A stretch of DNA of 60,582 nt, counting the filler, from Porpidia crustulata (Eukaryota): the NCBI GenBank assembly GCA_964255105.1. It is 7 parts of 7 records of this genome, joined end to end, with 100 filler letters (N's around TTAATTAATTAA, not from the genome) between each part and the next. Parts side by side here need not be neighbours in the genome. Positions count along the whole stretch, not along the records: positions 1 to 8,596 come from CAXUWE010001092.1; positions 8,697 to 17,286 come from CAXUWE010001093.1; 5 more parts are not named here. One strand, given 5' to 3'. Below the pieces are notes generated by a model. That model saw only the letters and a list, made by a program, of their open reading frames with translations, made no database searches and had not been told where the DNA came from. The position numbers and the translations under genes were made by a program. Of the stretch, positions 1-11,575 are shown one piece after another. Every line of letters starts with the position of its first letter. Within the stretch, counting starts at the first letter, position 1.

Positions 1-795
1 CTTTTCCATATGATTGTTGGGTAATTTGTTGAGCGGCGATAGTGGGAGAGGGTGGAGGAGAGGATTAACAAGAGTGGACAGCGCCGGGATTCTGGCCTAG
101 GAAATGCGCGGGGGCAAGACTTGAGAGAAAGTGATGGGAAAATGATGGGAGAATAATAGGAAAATGAATGTGGGTGGAAAGATGTGACGTGCACTAAGAC
201 GATCGAGGCAATCCTTCACATCTATCGCGCGAAATTCTCCATTCCGGAAGCTCAATCACTTTCTGCTCAAATCACAGTCGCACACTTTCATCAGATAATA
301 TTGTTCCATTTCCCCCACTCGCAGGCCTCTCCTCTAGACCAAACCCGCGGGAAGGGTCTTTTCCGAACAGAGAGGGTATCTATATTACAACCGCACCGCG
401 CACGGCCGCCCGTACTTTCCTGAACAGAAAAAAAAGCCGGCCAGATACGGGGATGAAAGACATGTCGCTTCATCAGATACGTTTCCGTTTCCCCCGTACG
501 TTAGAAGCCCTGATGCTCCGCCCCGTCCGCATATTAAGGACCAAAGACTCCAGACAGCCGAATCGAACTCACAAACGCTGACTCGCTTGCGCGCTCGCTT
601 GTAGTGGTGGTGTTGAAAACAAAAGAGCTGGGGATAAAATATTAGGGATTAGTACAAAGGAAAGGGGACGGGATACGCCATGCCGTGCTTTTTCGCTGGA
701 ACGCCGGGTATTCATGATGAAACGTCATGTCGTGTAGAGTAATTGTGGAAAATTCTAAGGCGCTGATAGGATAGGGGGCGTAGGGAAGAGAGGAT

Positions 796-3700
796 TTAGG
801 AAGCCAGCTTGACAAAGTGTTTGTTCCAGATCCAACCAACCTGGTTCGTGGCATCGTCTTGATTCTTCGCGAGGTAGAGCTCACCAGCTTCGCCAATGAC
901 ATCAAAGATCTGCTCTTGATGCATCAGTGATTTTTCAAGGTCAGATTGAAGACCATGACTTACCTCGCCTGCGACATAGGTCAGATAAGGGTAACCACCC
1001 TGTTTTCTTGCTCGATCGATGTTAAATTCATAGACACTCGCAGCGAGAAAAATGACATTAAATTCCGTTTGAGCCGATCCTTCTATGGGAGATTGATTGC
1101 GAGGAGAATCTGACATGGGCATTGCTGAAGAGAAGAACCCAGAATAGCGAGTCGACGGAGATGAAGCACGAGCTTGCGAGGTACGGGCTGCTTGCGGGTA
1201 GGTCGAGCCGGAAGCTGGGCGATTGAAAACAGCCATTTCTTCGCTCATCCTATTGATAGACGGCGTTTCAACGCTTGGCCTAGGTAAAGACGGAGAAGGT
1301 TCAGTGACGGTACGAGGTTGGGCGGATGAGGGCCGCATGGGGCTTGCATTAACAGGAGTTCCAGAACTCGAATATGAGTGATAGCTGCCAGGTATCTCTG
1401 GTGTTGGAGGGCTCTTGGTGGACACTGCAGAATTGGCGCGCACACGCTGGCGAGGATCCCTTGAATTCTGAGTCAAACGGAGAGCAGCAGGCATATGCGG
1501 AATATGAACCCCGTTGTCAACGTTGAAAAATCCCCCATTACTATGAGCGCCGAAATCAGGCTGCGGTAGAACGGGTGATGCTTCGCTGCTCACAGATAAA
1601 GTTCGACGTTTGGACATATCTAGAGAGGAGCCTTGTCGAGTGGATGTTGCATGTGTTGATGATTTATCGTCACCGGCTATGGTCGTACCTGGAGAGACAA
1701 AATTGACTAGGTTAACAGAGTCCGCGAGCATTGAACCGTTGCAAATTCCAAGTGTAAGCACATTGGTTTCAGCATAGGCGAAATCGGCATTGAAAGCGTC
1801 AACGATCTCTGCGGTGTTAGCGGGTACTCTGCCAGCTTCGAGCACTTGGCGGAGCTTTTTGCGCCAGATGATATTCCATTGCTCCTGAAGATGGATGAAA
1901 TTGTGGAGGCACGCTTCGATCATGCTGCCCGTCTTTGAGTAAAGCTTGGGTAATTCAACCTTGAGAGATTTATTCATCGTCATGTATTGCTCGCCTTGCT
2001 CAGTCGTCTTCTTGTCTGGCTTGTCTCCACGATTTTGAACATCTCGAAAACGGGCGTAGTCCGTGATCCGCTTATTACGCTTGGCCATAAGCTTGTTGGT
2101 GTTATCATACATCTTGAGGAGAGTTATCATTGGTTCAATGACGCTCTTCTTGACAGCATTCACCTGGTTCATCAGTTATTTGTATTCACTACACAGGTTT
2201 CAGAAACTTACATGGTCGGTAAGAGCAGTCATCGACACCTCCCTTGCCGTCATCCTGAACTTTCGCCACTTGCTCTCAATTTCCGGATAGCTCGTTTGTC
2301 CAACATCAAGAAAGCCCTCAATAGCCGTGACGAAATCGTAAAAGCGATTCATGTATAGCTGGACCTCGTTCGTGTACGCGTCCACATCGCTCATGACGAC
2401 CCGAAGACACATGACGCCGGTACCGAACTTCTCGGCCAACTGATTATACTCCACGTCATCTACCACCCCAGAAACTCCAATATTTTGCTTGAATTTCTCC
2501 GTCTTCCGTATAAATGCTTTTGAAAGACCTGTGCGGACGTCCGATTGATTACGCTTTCGGGGATTCGGGACTGGTCCCACTTTCTGGGCTCTGCCCGTCG
2601 TCTCATTGATTCGCATGTTTATTCCTTTCATTTCGCGAACGGCAGTGTCAAGGTGGGAGAAATCAGGATGGTTTTCAGGTGTGACCTCCAATAATTCACA
2701 GAGCAGTAAAGGATATTTCAAGATCCGTTGAACAGGCTTGACTAACAAGGAGTCGAGGTTCCATGCTGATGTGAGGTCATGGGCGTAAGCTCGGCACTCT
2801 TTCAGCCAGATCATTACCTTGGACTCTTGCTGCAATTCCTGGAGCTTTTGGTTCGCAGAGTCATGGTTCCTCAGATACTCTGCATATACCTCTTCCATTT
2901 TCGACATGTTTTCACCAAAGGCCCTCCCGATAAAGGTCTGGCGATCTTTCTCTTCATCGCTAAGCTCAGCCCCTCCGACCGAAGACTCGTCGGTGTTGCC
3001 ACTAGCTGACGTCGCTGTGCTCATACGGTTGCTACGCCACCGCTTAGACTTAGGTAGAATATATACCGCTTTCGATGCTTGCTTCAGGGCATCCAAGAAG
3101 TTCGTTGAAAAGGCAATGATCTGCTCAGAATTACCAAACAGCGTCTTCACATCCTCTGCGGATGTGACTGTGCAGCTGGAGGTGCCCTTGTATATGTCAT
3201 CCACCACCCTCATGTCCTGACCATATGAATGTTCCGTGTCAACAAGCTCTTTGATGATATGCCTCCTCCTTGTTAGACGTTTTTGGTCTGGCGACGGCGA
3301 AGGATCTTTAGCACTCGAAACCATTGGCCCTGGAGGCGTCTCAATGCTCGACCGTATTTGCGATATCGATGATGGCCCAGAAGATCGACCTGATGAGGCC
3401 GTCGTTCCCGGCCGTTGAATAGAATCACTGCTTCCATTCAAAGGCACGACTGGCGAGTAGTGATTAGGGGGGATCGTCGAGGGGACATGTTTGCTGTAAA
3501 TGCTAGGCGATGGCGGCGAACGCGTTCCGAAAGGAGGAGATGGGGTGCTTTGCTGTATTGAACCTAGCGGTGGAGGAGGCGGGCCATGATCGGGCAGCGG
3601 CGGAGCCATCATCATCGGTGAATCATCTTCTTGCGGTGAAGTAATGTTGATCGCCAGCCCTAATCCCTCCCCAGTGCCTTGAATTTCAGGCAATTCAGGC

Positions 3701-6700
3701 CGATATTCCCCCGACAAGTGTGACCGCGCCGGTAACTCTGACACATCGCCATTGGGAGCTCTGGTGTCTTTGGGCGGTAGATGAGGTCTCTCATCCGAAG
3801 GACTGTCCGCAGCTTGCAGATGTATCCAATCTCCGATTGAGGGTGACATGTCCCAGTCATCCGGGCGATTCAAGCTGGCTCTATGAGGCCTAAACTCTCC
3901 ATCATCGACAAATAAGCCGGCCGATGGCGGTGGACTTCCTGAATGCTGTTGATCGGCGTTCACCGCTTGCTCTAACGATATAACCATTTTCTCACTGACC
4001 ATCTGTTCGTCTTCTTCCATGGTTAGCGATCTGGCCAGTGGTGGATCTACAGGCCTCCTAGCTTGGAATGCGAGCGGTTCAGACATATTTTGAGACTGAG
4101 CGTATCTTTCTCGCGAGTTCTGTTGCAGAAACAACTGCGTCATCTTCTTAACTTCCCATCCTCCTAGCCGAGCCAGTTCCGGGGACTGACTCAAGATACG
4201 CTGCTGCATTTCATTTGTCATTTCTGGGCTGATTACTGGTGGACCATGGTAATCATCTAGTACTCGATTGATTGTGCTATATGCATCGCTATCGAGTGTG
4301 GTTCGACCTGTTCGAGGAGTGGCAAATGAAGCGGGAGACCAAGCCTGCGGAGTCAATTCGCTTGCTTCTGTAGAAACAGACAAGTGGTTAGGCTGCGGCA
4401 ATTGGGGAGGAGAATGCTCATCAATTCTTTCCATTGGCGCATCCCGCTCTTGGGATCCCGAATATCGGTTTTTGGACCCAATAGATGAAGTCCAAGAAGA
4501 CATGCTCCAGCGGTTGGTACGCCCCTCGCTAGGGACGTCTTTGGATCTTTCGCCGTGCAAACTTTCGAACGGCGCTTTCTCAAGGACTGGTGTTTCCCCA
4601 AGCATAATTTGTATCGATTCCCGGTCATCCTTGTCTGAGATAGAGCCTTCCCGAGTTTCCAGTTTGCGAATACTCGTTGGACTCGCTGAACTGTCATCTC
4701 GCATGCTCATTATATGACTAAGAAGCGTTTGGTGCTCTTGATACGAATTTTCAGAATCCTCTTGAGGCTCGTTGTCAAAAAATGTGTCCACAGAACCAGA
4801 CGTACCAGCTGTGATTGCGGACGTTGGCTCAACGTCTGACGGTGGGGTGACTATGCCTCGTTGTTCCTGGTTCATGTGTGAGAATCTGTTGTATCCGCCC
4901 AGTGTCGGGGAATCCTCTTGACTCAAATCCAAAACGGATCTCTCCGACAAATGACCCGTGTTTATTGTCAACTCCCGTTCGGACGGAGGGAACTCCTTGA
5001 CGGGCGTTCGGAAGACATCTTGGTCAAATTCATCCAAATCATCGAGGTTGTGACGTTCAGAGTCGTCGCTAATGTCCTGTGGAGTCACGACAGGTAGCGC
5101 CAAGCCTTCCGCCAGGGATGCCATATCCTGCGGCTGGTCCGATTGCTGAGGCTGGTCTAACATTGCCATTGAGGCCCGTTGTCTTTCCACTTCCAGCTCT
5201 TCCTGACGCTCGTTCTCTTTTACTGTCTTTGTGAAAGCTTGTTGGATTTTTTGCCTTCTTGCTGCAAAGTCGACCCCACCGAGTTCTGGAGGTCGCTTGT
5301 TTTTGGGCTCCTTTGGATGCTTCGCGGCACTGCCTTCAGCACCAGGAAAACGATCAACGGCTCGGGCTCTTGACGCCGAAGTTGAAGCGCTTGAAACAGG
5401 CTGCCGAGGTCGTGAGCTTCGTAAGGGAGGTGATTTCTTGGGCATTGGGGCCGAGATGTATGCCGCAAGACGAGGGCTAGTTGCAACGCGTTGTCCGACA
5501 GCGTCACGTCCATCGCGTCTAGGGGAATTTCGACCTGGACTTGTGATAGGAATTCTCGCCGGGCTGCGGGATTTCTGGGAGAATCTAGGCAGTCCACTAG
5601 ATCCCTTGGGAGGAGATATAATCTGCCCGGAATATCTATCTGCTGCCGAGTTCGCCCTTGTAGAAGATGCGGATGTTCCCGAGTCGGAATTGATGCTCCT
5701 TCGCCGAGTACTGATTGGGATCCGAGACTGCGAGCCACGCCTGGCGGTTTCAGTCGATGCGATGGAAGAGTTGGGTGATAAAAGGTGTTGTGGAGGTGGT
5801 GACTGGGGTTTGTTATTGGAGACTGGCACTCTCAAAGGCATCCCCGTGAAGTCGCTTCTGGTCCGACGGTGTATACCAGGAGGAAGGCTAGGGACTGTTA
5901 TCTCCGTCTTAATCTCTTGCAAAGTTTGAGTGACACCTAGGTACCACGCAGAAGGCGACGTAGGTGAAACGTTATCTACATGTCGGATTGGTTCTTCAGG
6001 AAACATGGGATTTGGGCTTCGCATGCTTCCTTCTGATCCTCTACGTTTTCGGCGCTCTGGTATGCCATAGCCGAGATCGTGGTTGTCTTGAGTGCTGGTG
6101 GCCAGAATCTCGCCAAATAGAGGCTTCCGAATCAGATTTTGTCCGTCCGGACTGAGGTTCGTCATCGATTGCGAAGCATATGCGCTGGAGTCTGGACGTC
6201 CATTACGCTTTCCTTTAGGACTCATCTTGGTATCTCCATGTGTCCTTCCTCGCTGTGGATTGGACCTCGGAGCGTTTGCCAAGTATCGCTGGTCTACCGG
6301 AGATTCCTTTCTGGCATGCCCGGCTCGATACGTCTTGGATTGGGACGAGTTGCGCGCTTTCGCATAGCTGATACTAGTCGCAGGGTTGGTATTATTGGCG
6401 GGTTTGAAGTTGGCATGATTCGAACTGCTAGATGCAGACCGCGAGTTCGGCTTCCGTGGCAGTGGGGGTACTTCATCGGCATTTGCATTGAACCTGTCGA
6501 CGAGGTCCTTCAGCGATGTCTGACGGTTCCTTGCTGTGCTCGACAAGGCTGGATTTGACTTCGTCCCACCTGAGGAACGTTCGTTCAGCGGAGATGTCTG
6601 GTATCTCGAAGTCTGGCCTCCGTGGACCCGGGAAGAAAGGGAGGGTAAGTCGAAGCCATTCGCTCGAGCTGTAACCGGTGTCGGCGTCTGCTGAGGCCTT

Positions 6701-7089
6701 GATCTTGTCATCCCGTCCTCTCGCTTCGTGACCACAATGTCTCCCTGTCCTAGTGGTTCTGTCGATGCTCTTGCAAAAGAGTTCTGGTAATGCCTGTAGA
6801 ATTCGTGTGGATCTGGGGAATCGTCTTCTTTTGACGGTTCTCCAGTGTAACCATTTATCCCAGCACCAGTTGCGTACTGCTCAAAACTCGTAGATACCTG
6901 GGGACGTTTACCCGTGACAGGGTTGTAGGTGTATGGAAGGAATTGCGAGCTGGAGCGGCTTGGACTTGCGACCGAGGTGGGGAGGGAGTGGTCATCGGAA
7001 GCATGTGCATTCACGGTCGAGGGGTCGTAGTCCGCCGTTGATCGTGAGTCTAGGACGTAGTGGTTGTGATCCGAGTCGACGGTGGACAT
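796..7089 (-). CDS. Rho guanine nucleotide exchange factor, DH (RhoGEF)-BAR-SH3 architecture with a long disordered N-terminus (Gef1/Tuba-like)
   Basis: DH motifs RRRHIIKELVDTEHSY and LLVKPVQRILKYPLLL, followed by a helical BAR-like region and a C-terminal SH3-like segment (FLAASVYEF...IFDVIGEAGELYLAKN...GWIW). The two ORFs join through a GT-AG intron at 2164-2211; a second in-frame intron lies at 910-963. Confidence 0.88.
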
Positions 7090-8435
7090 GTTGTTCTTCG
7101 ACCGTAAGGCATCAATCTGGTATCCCCGATGAAGCTCAGGCTATCTCGCGCCAAGATTATCGGCTAAGACGGTGCATATGCCTTGGTTGTGTGGTCGTGT
7201 ACAAGACGAGGATGAGTTGGCGGGCGTGATGTGTGGCTTTGGAGCTCTAGTGGTGTCGCACGATGAGGTTGGATGGAGCTTGAGCGGACCGGACATTGGT
7301 CACTTGGCTAGTTGATCGCACCTAGTGGATCTGGACATCAACACTGACAAGTGACAACGTCCACGTCGGAGAGGAGCCGTCTGGCAGCGAGGTTCTTGTG
7401 GGAGGGGGGGGTTTGGGGAGAAGGATTGGATGAGCCGTTTGGACGTGTTTGAAGTTGCCTTTTCCCGTCTCGGTAATTGGCACTTGTGGTGACAGAAACA
7501 GAAAAACGAGGCAGAGGGAAAGCGAGGGAAAGAGGCTTGGGCCAATCAACGGCGCTATGAGAATTCGCGCCTTGTCCGCGCCCGAACGGTTAGGAAGAAA
7601 GCCACACAAAGCCAGCAAGGAGGAATCAGATATGATCATTACCTGGGTATTGTTCTTTACGATTGAGGGACTACGTTATTGTATTAATGTTGTGAATTGG
7701 AATTTACAATTATTGCATCCGGGAAATTAGACATCATTATTATGTACCTTACACCAGGGAGTTCGAGATTAAAATGTGATTTTCTACATCCATCTTTTGA
7801 AAGAAATTACCACATTATAGTACGTCTTCAGCAGTATTCTCATATCCTACGCGAGCGTCTTACGTTGTACAGCGCATTAATCAAATCGACAAATCGACAT
7901 GCTATCGAGCCTCTGAGTGACGCGACGGCCAATCCACATGCTCAAGAGCCATTGAGCAAGTGCTATGCTTTGGACCGAAAATAAAAATACATACAAATAC
8001 AAATCTACGTCGTACAGAGATCAAGCAAGTCGAGCAAGGGATGATGCGCAAGGTTTTTGCTGGCGATGAGATGATGCACTCCCCCAAGCGCCGGACCGAT
8101 ACCCCAGACTCCAACCACTCAAAATACAGAGATTTATCAATCATCAACACCGAATCCGTGTACAGAGCTCATCCTCAAGCCATAGGACACTACATACATT
8201 TCCTTCGAGTGAAGAAAACCCTTGCGCCTCGAGTGTTGGCCGAGACGGGAGGCTTCTCAGCGATCGAGGTGGCTGGGACTTAGCGCCTTTAGGCACAGAA
8301 ATGTTGTCATGAAAAGGCAGTTCGTACCGGGAATGTCATGATAGGTGGGCATGCGGCTTTAGAGATTAAAGGCGATTTTGATTCATTTACTCTGCTTTTC
8401 GTTAGTTACGGTCCTGCATGCTACTACTGCTATTA

Positions 8436-8534
8436 CTCGTGTTCACCCCTCAACGGAACAGCAGGCCTAGGGTTAGGGTTACTATCACTAACTGTTCTGT
8501 TGAGGGGTGTGTTCCGTTGAGGGGTGAATACGAG
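8436..8534. mobile_element. Putative MITE (Tc1/mariner-pogo type, TA target duplication)
   Basis: 25-bp inverted repeats at 8436-8460 and 8510-8534 with 1 mismatch, flanked by TA at 8434-8435 and 8535-8536. Extra subterminal repeat copy at 8493-8509. Internal CTAGGGTTAGGGTT. Confidence 0.7.
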
Positions 8535-8596
8535 TACCTCAACATACAACCCCCCAATCTCCAACACCCCCATCTGCAATACCCCCAACACACCAC

Positions 8597-8696
8597 NNNN
8601 NNNNNNNNNNNNNNNNNNNNNNNNNNNNNNNNNNNNNNNNTTAATTAATTAANNNNNNNNNNNNNNNNNNNNNNNNNNNNNNNNNNNNNNNNNNNN
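8597..8696. other. Artificial contig linker
   Basis: 44 N + TTAATTAATTAA (stops in all six frames) + 44 N. Confidence 0.99.
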
Positions 8697-9008
8697 GGGA
8701 GTGGGAGGAGTGGGAGTGGGAGGAGTAGGAGTGGAAGTGATACGTTGAAGGAGGTAGTTAGTTCGGATGGGAGGAGGGATAGTTTGAGGTTGTGCAAGGT
8801 GGTAGCGCGGCGAGGTAGCGGGGAAGAGGGGCGGCGAGGTCGAGGTCGAAGTTTTGATGGGGAAGGAGCACCGGTGCGAAAGCGGAAAGGTCCAGAGGCT
8901 TGGTGGATCAGTGAGAAGCCGCGGAGTAGGTGGAGCACGAGGGCGAAGAGGATTTGGTCGAAGGCGAAAAGTCGGAAAGTCGGTTGTAGGCTATGCTACC
9001 TACCTTAT

Positions 9009-11205
9009 CTAAAACACCTGTGTCGCGAATCAGCCAAACGGATCGATGGACTCTACGAATGTACAAGAACATACCGCGCCCCCGATGATGAAAATCCGCT
9101 CTTCCTCCCGTCTGGCCCACTGAATGACCTTGTTGGCGCTCTGGGCGAGCGCGTTCCTGCTGGCGTGGGGGCCGGCGACGCAATAGAGTTCGAAGAGCGG
9201 TGTCGTCCAGGCCAGGGAGATGGCGTCGCGGCTGACGCAGTGGTGGACCTTGAGGTGGGCGTTTTTGGCGTGGACGCTGGCGTGGAGGGTGTGGTAGAGG
9301 GAGAGAAGCCTGGTCAATCGAGTCAGTTCATTCGTGTAAATGGCAAACTATGTGAGAGTGCTGTGTGTGTCCACCTTCGACGTGCTAGTAAGGTTGTGAA
9401 ATGGGGTTCGTAGGAGGGCATGGTGAATTGGACGTTGGCGCGTGATTTGTAGAGGAAGTGCCGCAGTACTGTTCCGGGGACGATGTCTGTGGCTGTGGGG
9501 CGGCCTCGCTGCACTGCGGATTTGATGATGGCCATGCTGCCGTTTGCTTCTAGTTCCTGGTGCCAATGTCAGACTCGAATAGTCATCAGGAAAAGGGAGG
9601 TGGTGGCAGACATCAACAACGGCGTCCCGCATCTTTCGTAAGTCATAAAAGCTTTCCTTGTTTGCACTGATCAGGAGCACTGCTACTTCATCGTGCCTTC
9701 CAGTCTCATTTCGTCGTTCATGGTCTTCTTCCATCTCCGTTCTGTCGAAGTCGATGAAGCTAACATACATGTAGAGATAGCCATTTTTATTGAACCCCGG
9801 TAGGCACAACGGTATCCAGTTTTCCCCTCCTCCAGCCTTGATACCATCTGCTTCAAAAAGCATGTTGAATATAAGTTGCAGGTCGTTGGGATGCAGAGAA
9901 TGCTTCCTCGGCCGCACAACACTTACAAGTCTACCACCGGCGACGATGAGGCCATATAGTAAACCGTCGCAGCGTGTCTGGAGCAAAGTATCGTTGATCA
10001 CTTGACGATGTGACTTGCGGATTTTTAGACACTCAAGCGCTGAAAGCAGCGTTGGCGGTGAACCACGTGTAAAGGTATCAGCCAACGCAGAAAGCAACCT
10101 TTCAGTTCCTTTCAGAGGCCGCCTCAGGTCAGTTGATGGTCTGTTGGAAAAGAGATGCGTCAATGTGGGTAAGGTCAGGGTAGATAATATTTGCATGTAT
10201 AATGCTTCAAGCTGCACACGGAGCTGGGTATCACTTTCGCCGAGCTTGCTGATGGCAACAAGATACAAAGGGCCTTGAGACATAATCACGAACCGCGCAT
10301 TTGCAGCTGTAAAACCCTTCAACTGATTATGCGCACCCTCATAAAACGAAATAATGGTTTGGATGACACCGATATACCCAGATATGAGATTATCGTCACC
10401 ATGGCGGTTGTAAATAGGTTTCCCGGCGGAAGATAATATGAGAAAGTGCTTCCGCTTTGATTTCCAGAGCTCATGAAGATCTCCTAGATACCTCATCAAC
10501 ACCGAGAGCTCCACAGTCCAATTTCCATTTACCTTCGTTATTGCCTTCCGAATCAATTTCGCCGATTTCATCAAACTCCCTGTTGAATTCTGCTGAAAGC
10601 TCGTCGTCCTCGTGACTGATCGAGTCGAACGGGTCAGGCCGTTCAGTCTGACTGCTGAGCAATCCCCACGCAGGGCTCGCCGAAGAAGCTCTGAGAACCT
10701 CGCCTAGCAGGCTCTCAACATCCCCACCAGTCTCAAGAGTTGGTGCATAGCTTCTGACGCTTGCGGACTCGTCTCCCTCACTTCCATACCGATTTTTGAA
10801 TCGTCTTATGCTACCAAAGTCATTCGGTGACATGCGAGAAGAGGTTGATTCGGAAGTCTCTCGAGAACCATCAGGATAAGACTGGGTGTGGATATCAGTG
10901 CGGGAAACCCCAGTGGTTGCAGTAGCTTGGAGGTTCGGTCGAGACAATGTCTTTGATCTTGGGAGGCTGCTTCCAGCAGTATTCAGACCTTCTCCGAGAA
11001 GATTCAGGTTCACAGGCCGGGGAGGAAGAGGCGGACGTTGCCCTTCATCAGTGATGGTACTCTCGGAGACAGATCGAGTTGTCGAATGGGCATTGAGGGT
11101 CCGCACTTCATTCTGAGGGTCAACAGTATCTTCTCTTGGTGGCGTAGCCGGTGATTCATCTACAGCTTCTTCTCTTCCACCGTCACCTCTTTCCAAAGTT
11201 TTCAT
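9009..11205 (-). CDS. MON1: Vacuolar fusion protein Mon1 (Mon1-Ccz1 GEF subunit)
   Basis: [73 protein letters not shown] and C-terminal IFIIGGAVF*. Five exons reconstructed through GT-AG introns (e.g. 10484-10532). Start codon is tentative. Confidence 0.93.
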
Positions 11206-11575
11206 TAGACTAGCCCATAGATTTCAGTCTGGATTAGCTGTTGAGCTGTCATTAGAGACGGATGTAGTGGCCATGCTACGCTAACCCGATGGTCACTAGC
11301 GTAGCTTCTGGTACCTAAAGTGGAAGCCTTCTTCCTACGTTGGACAAAATATGAAGAGTCTTTCTAAAATTCTTGAAAGCCGATGAGTGCGTAGCTAAAT
11401 CATTGTGCTCTACAACCTGAAGTTTTCGGTTTCAAGTTCAGCAATTCTTAGACTTGTGCCTGAACAAAAGCATTCAGCCCTAAAATGAAGCTGGCCACGC
11501 AATATGGTCAAAAGTGGAAGTGGCTATCATTGTCTTTAGCTCCACGGAAGACTTGAAGATTTCATTAGTTTTCAG

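Noticed and set aside
8468..8480. TTAGGG repeats as a chromosome end
   Set aside because: Only about two units, internal to an inverted-repeat element.
8641..8652. TTAATTAATTAA repeated six times at ~8.6-kb spacing as a biological repeat
   Set aside because: Embedded in fixed-length N runs; it is an assembly linker.
8697..9413. Arg/Gly-rich + strand ORF at contig start
   Set aside because: Low complexity, overlaps MON1 antisense, no family. It could be the tail of a truncated gene but cannot be supported.
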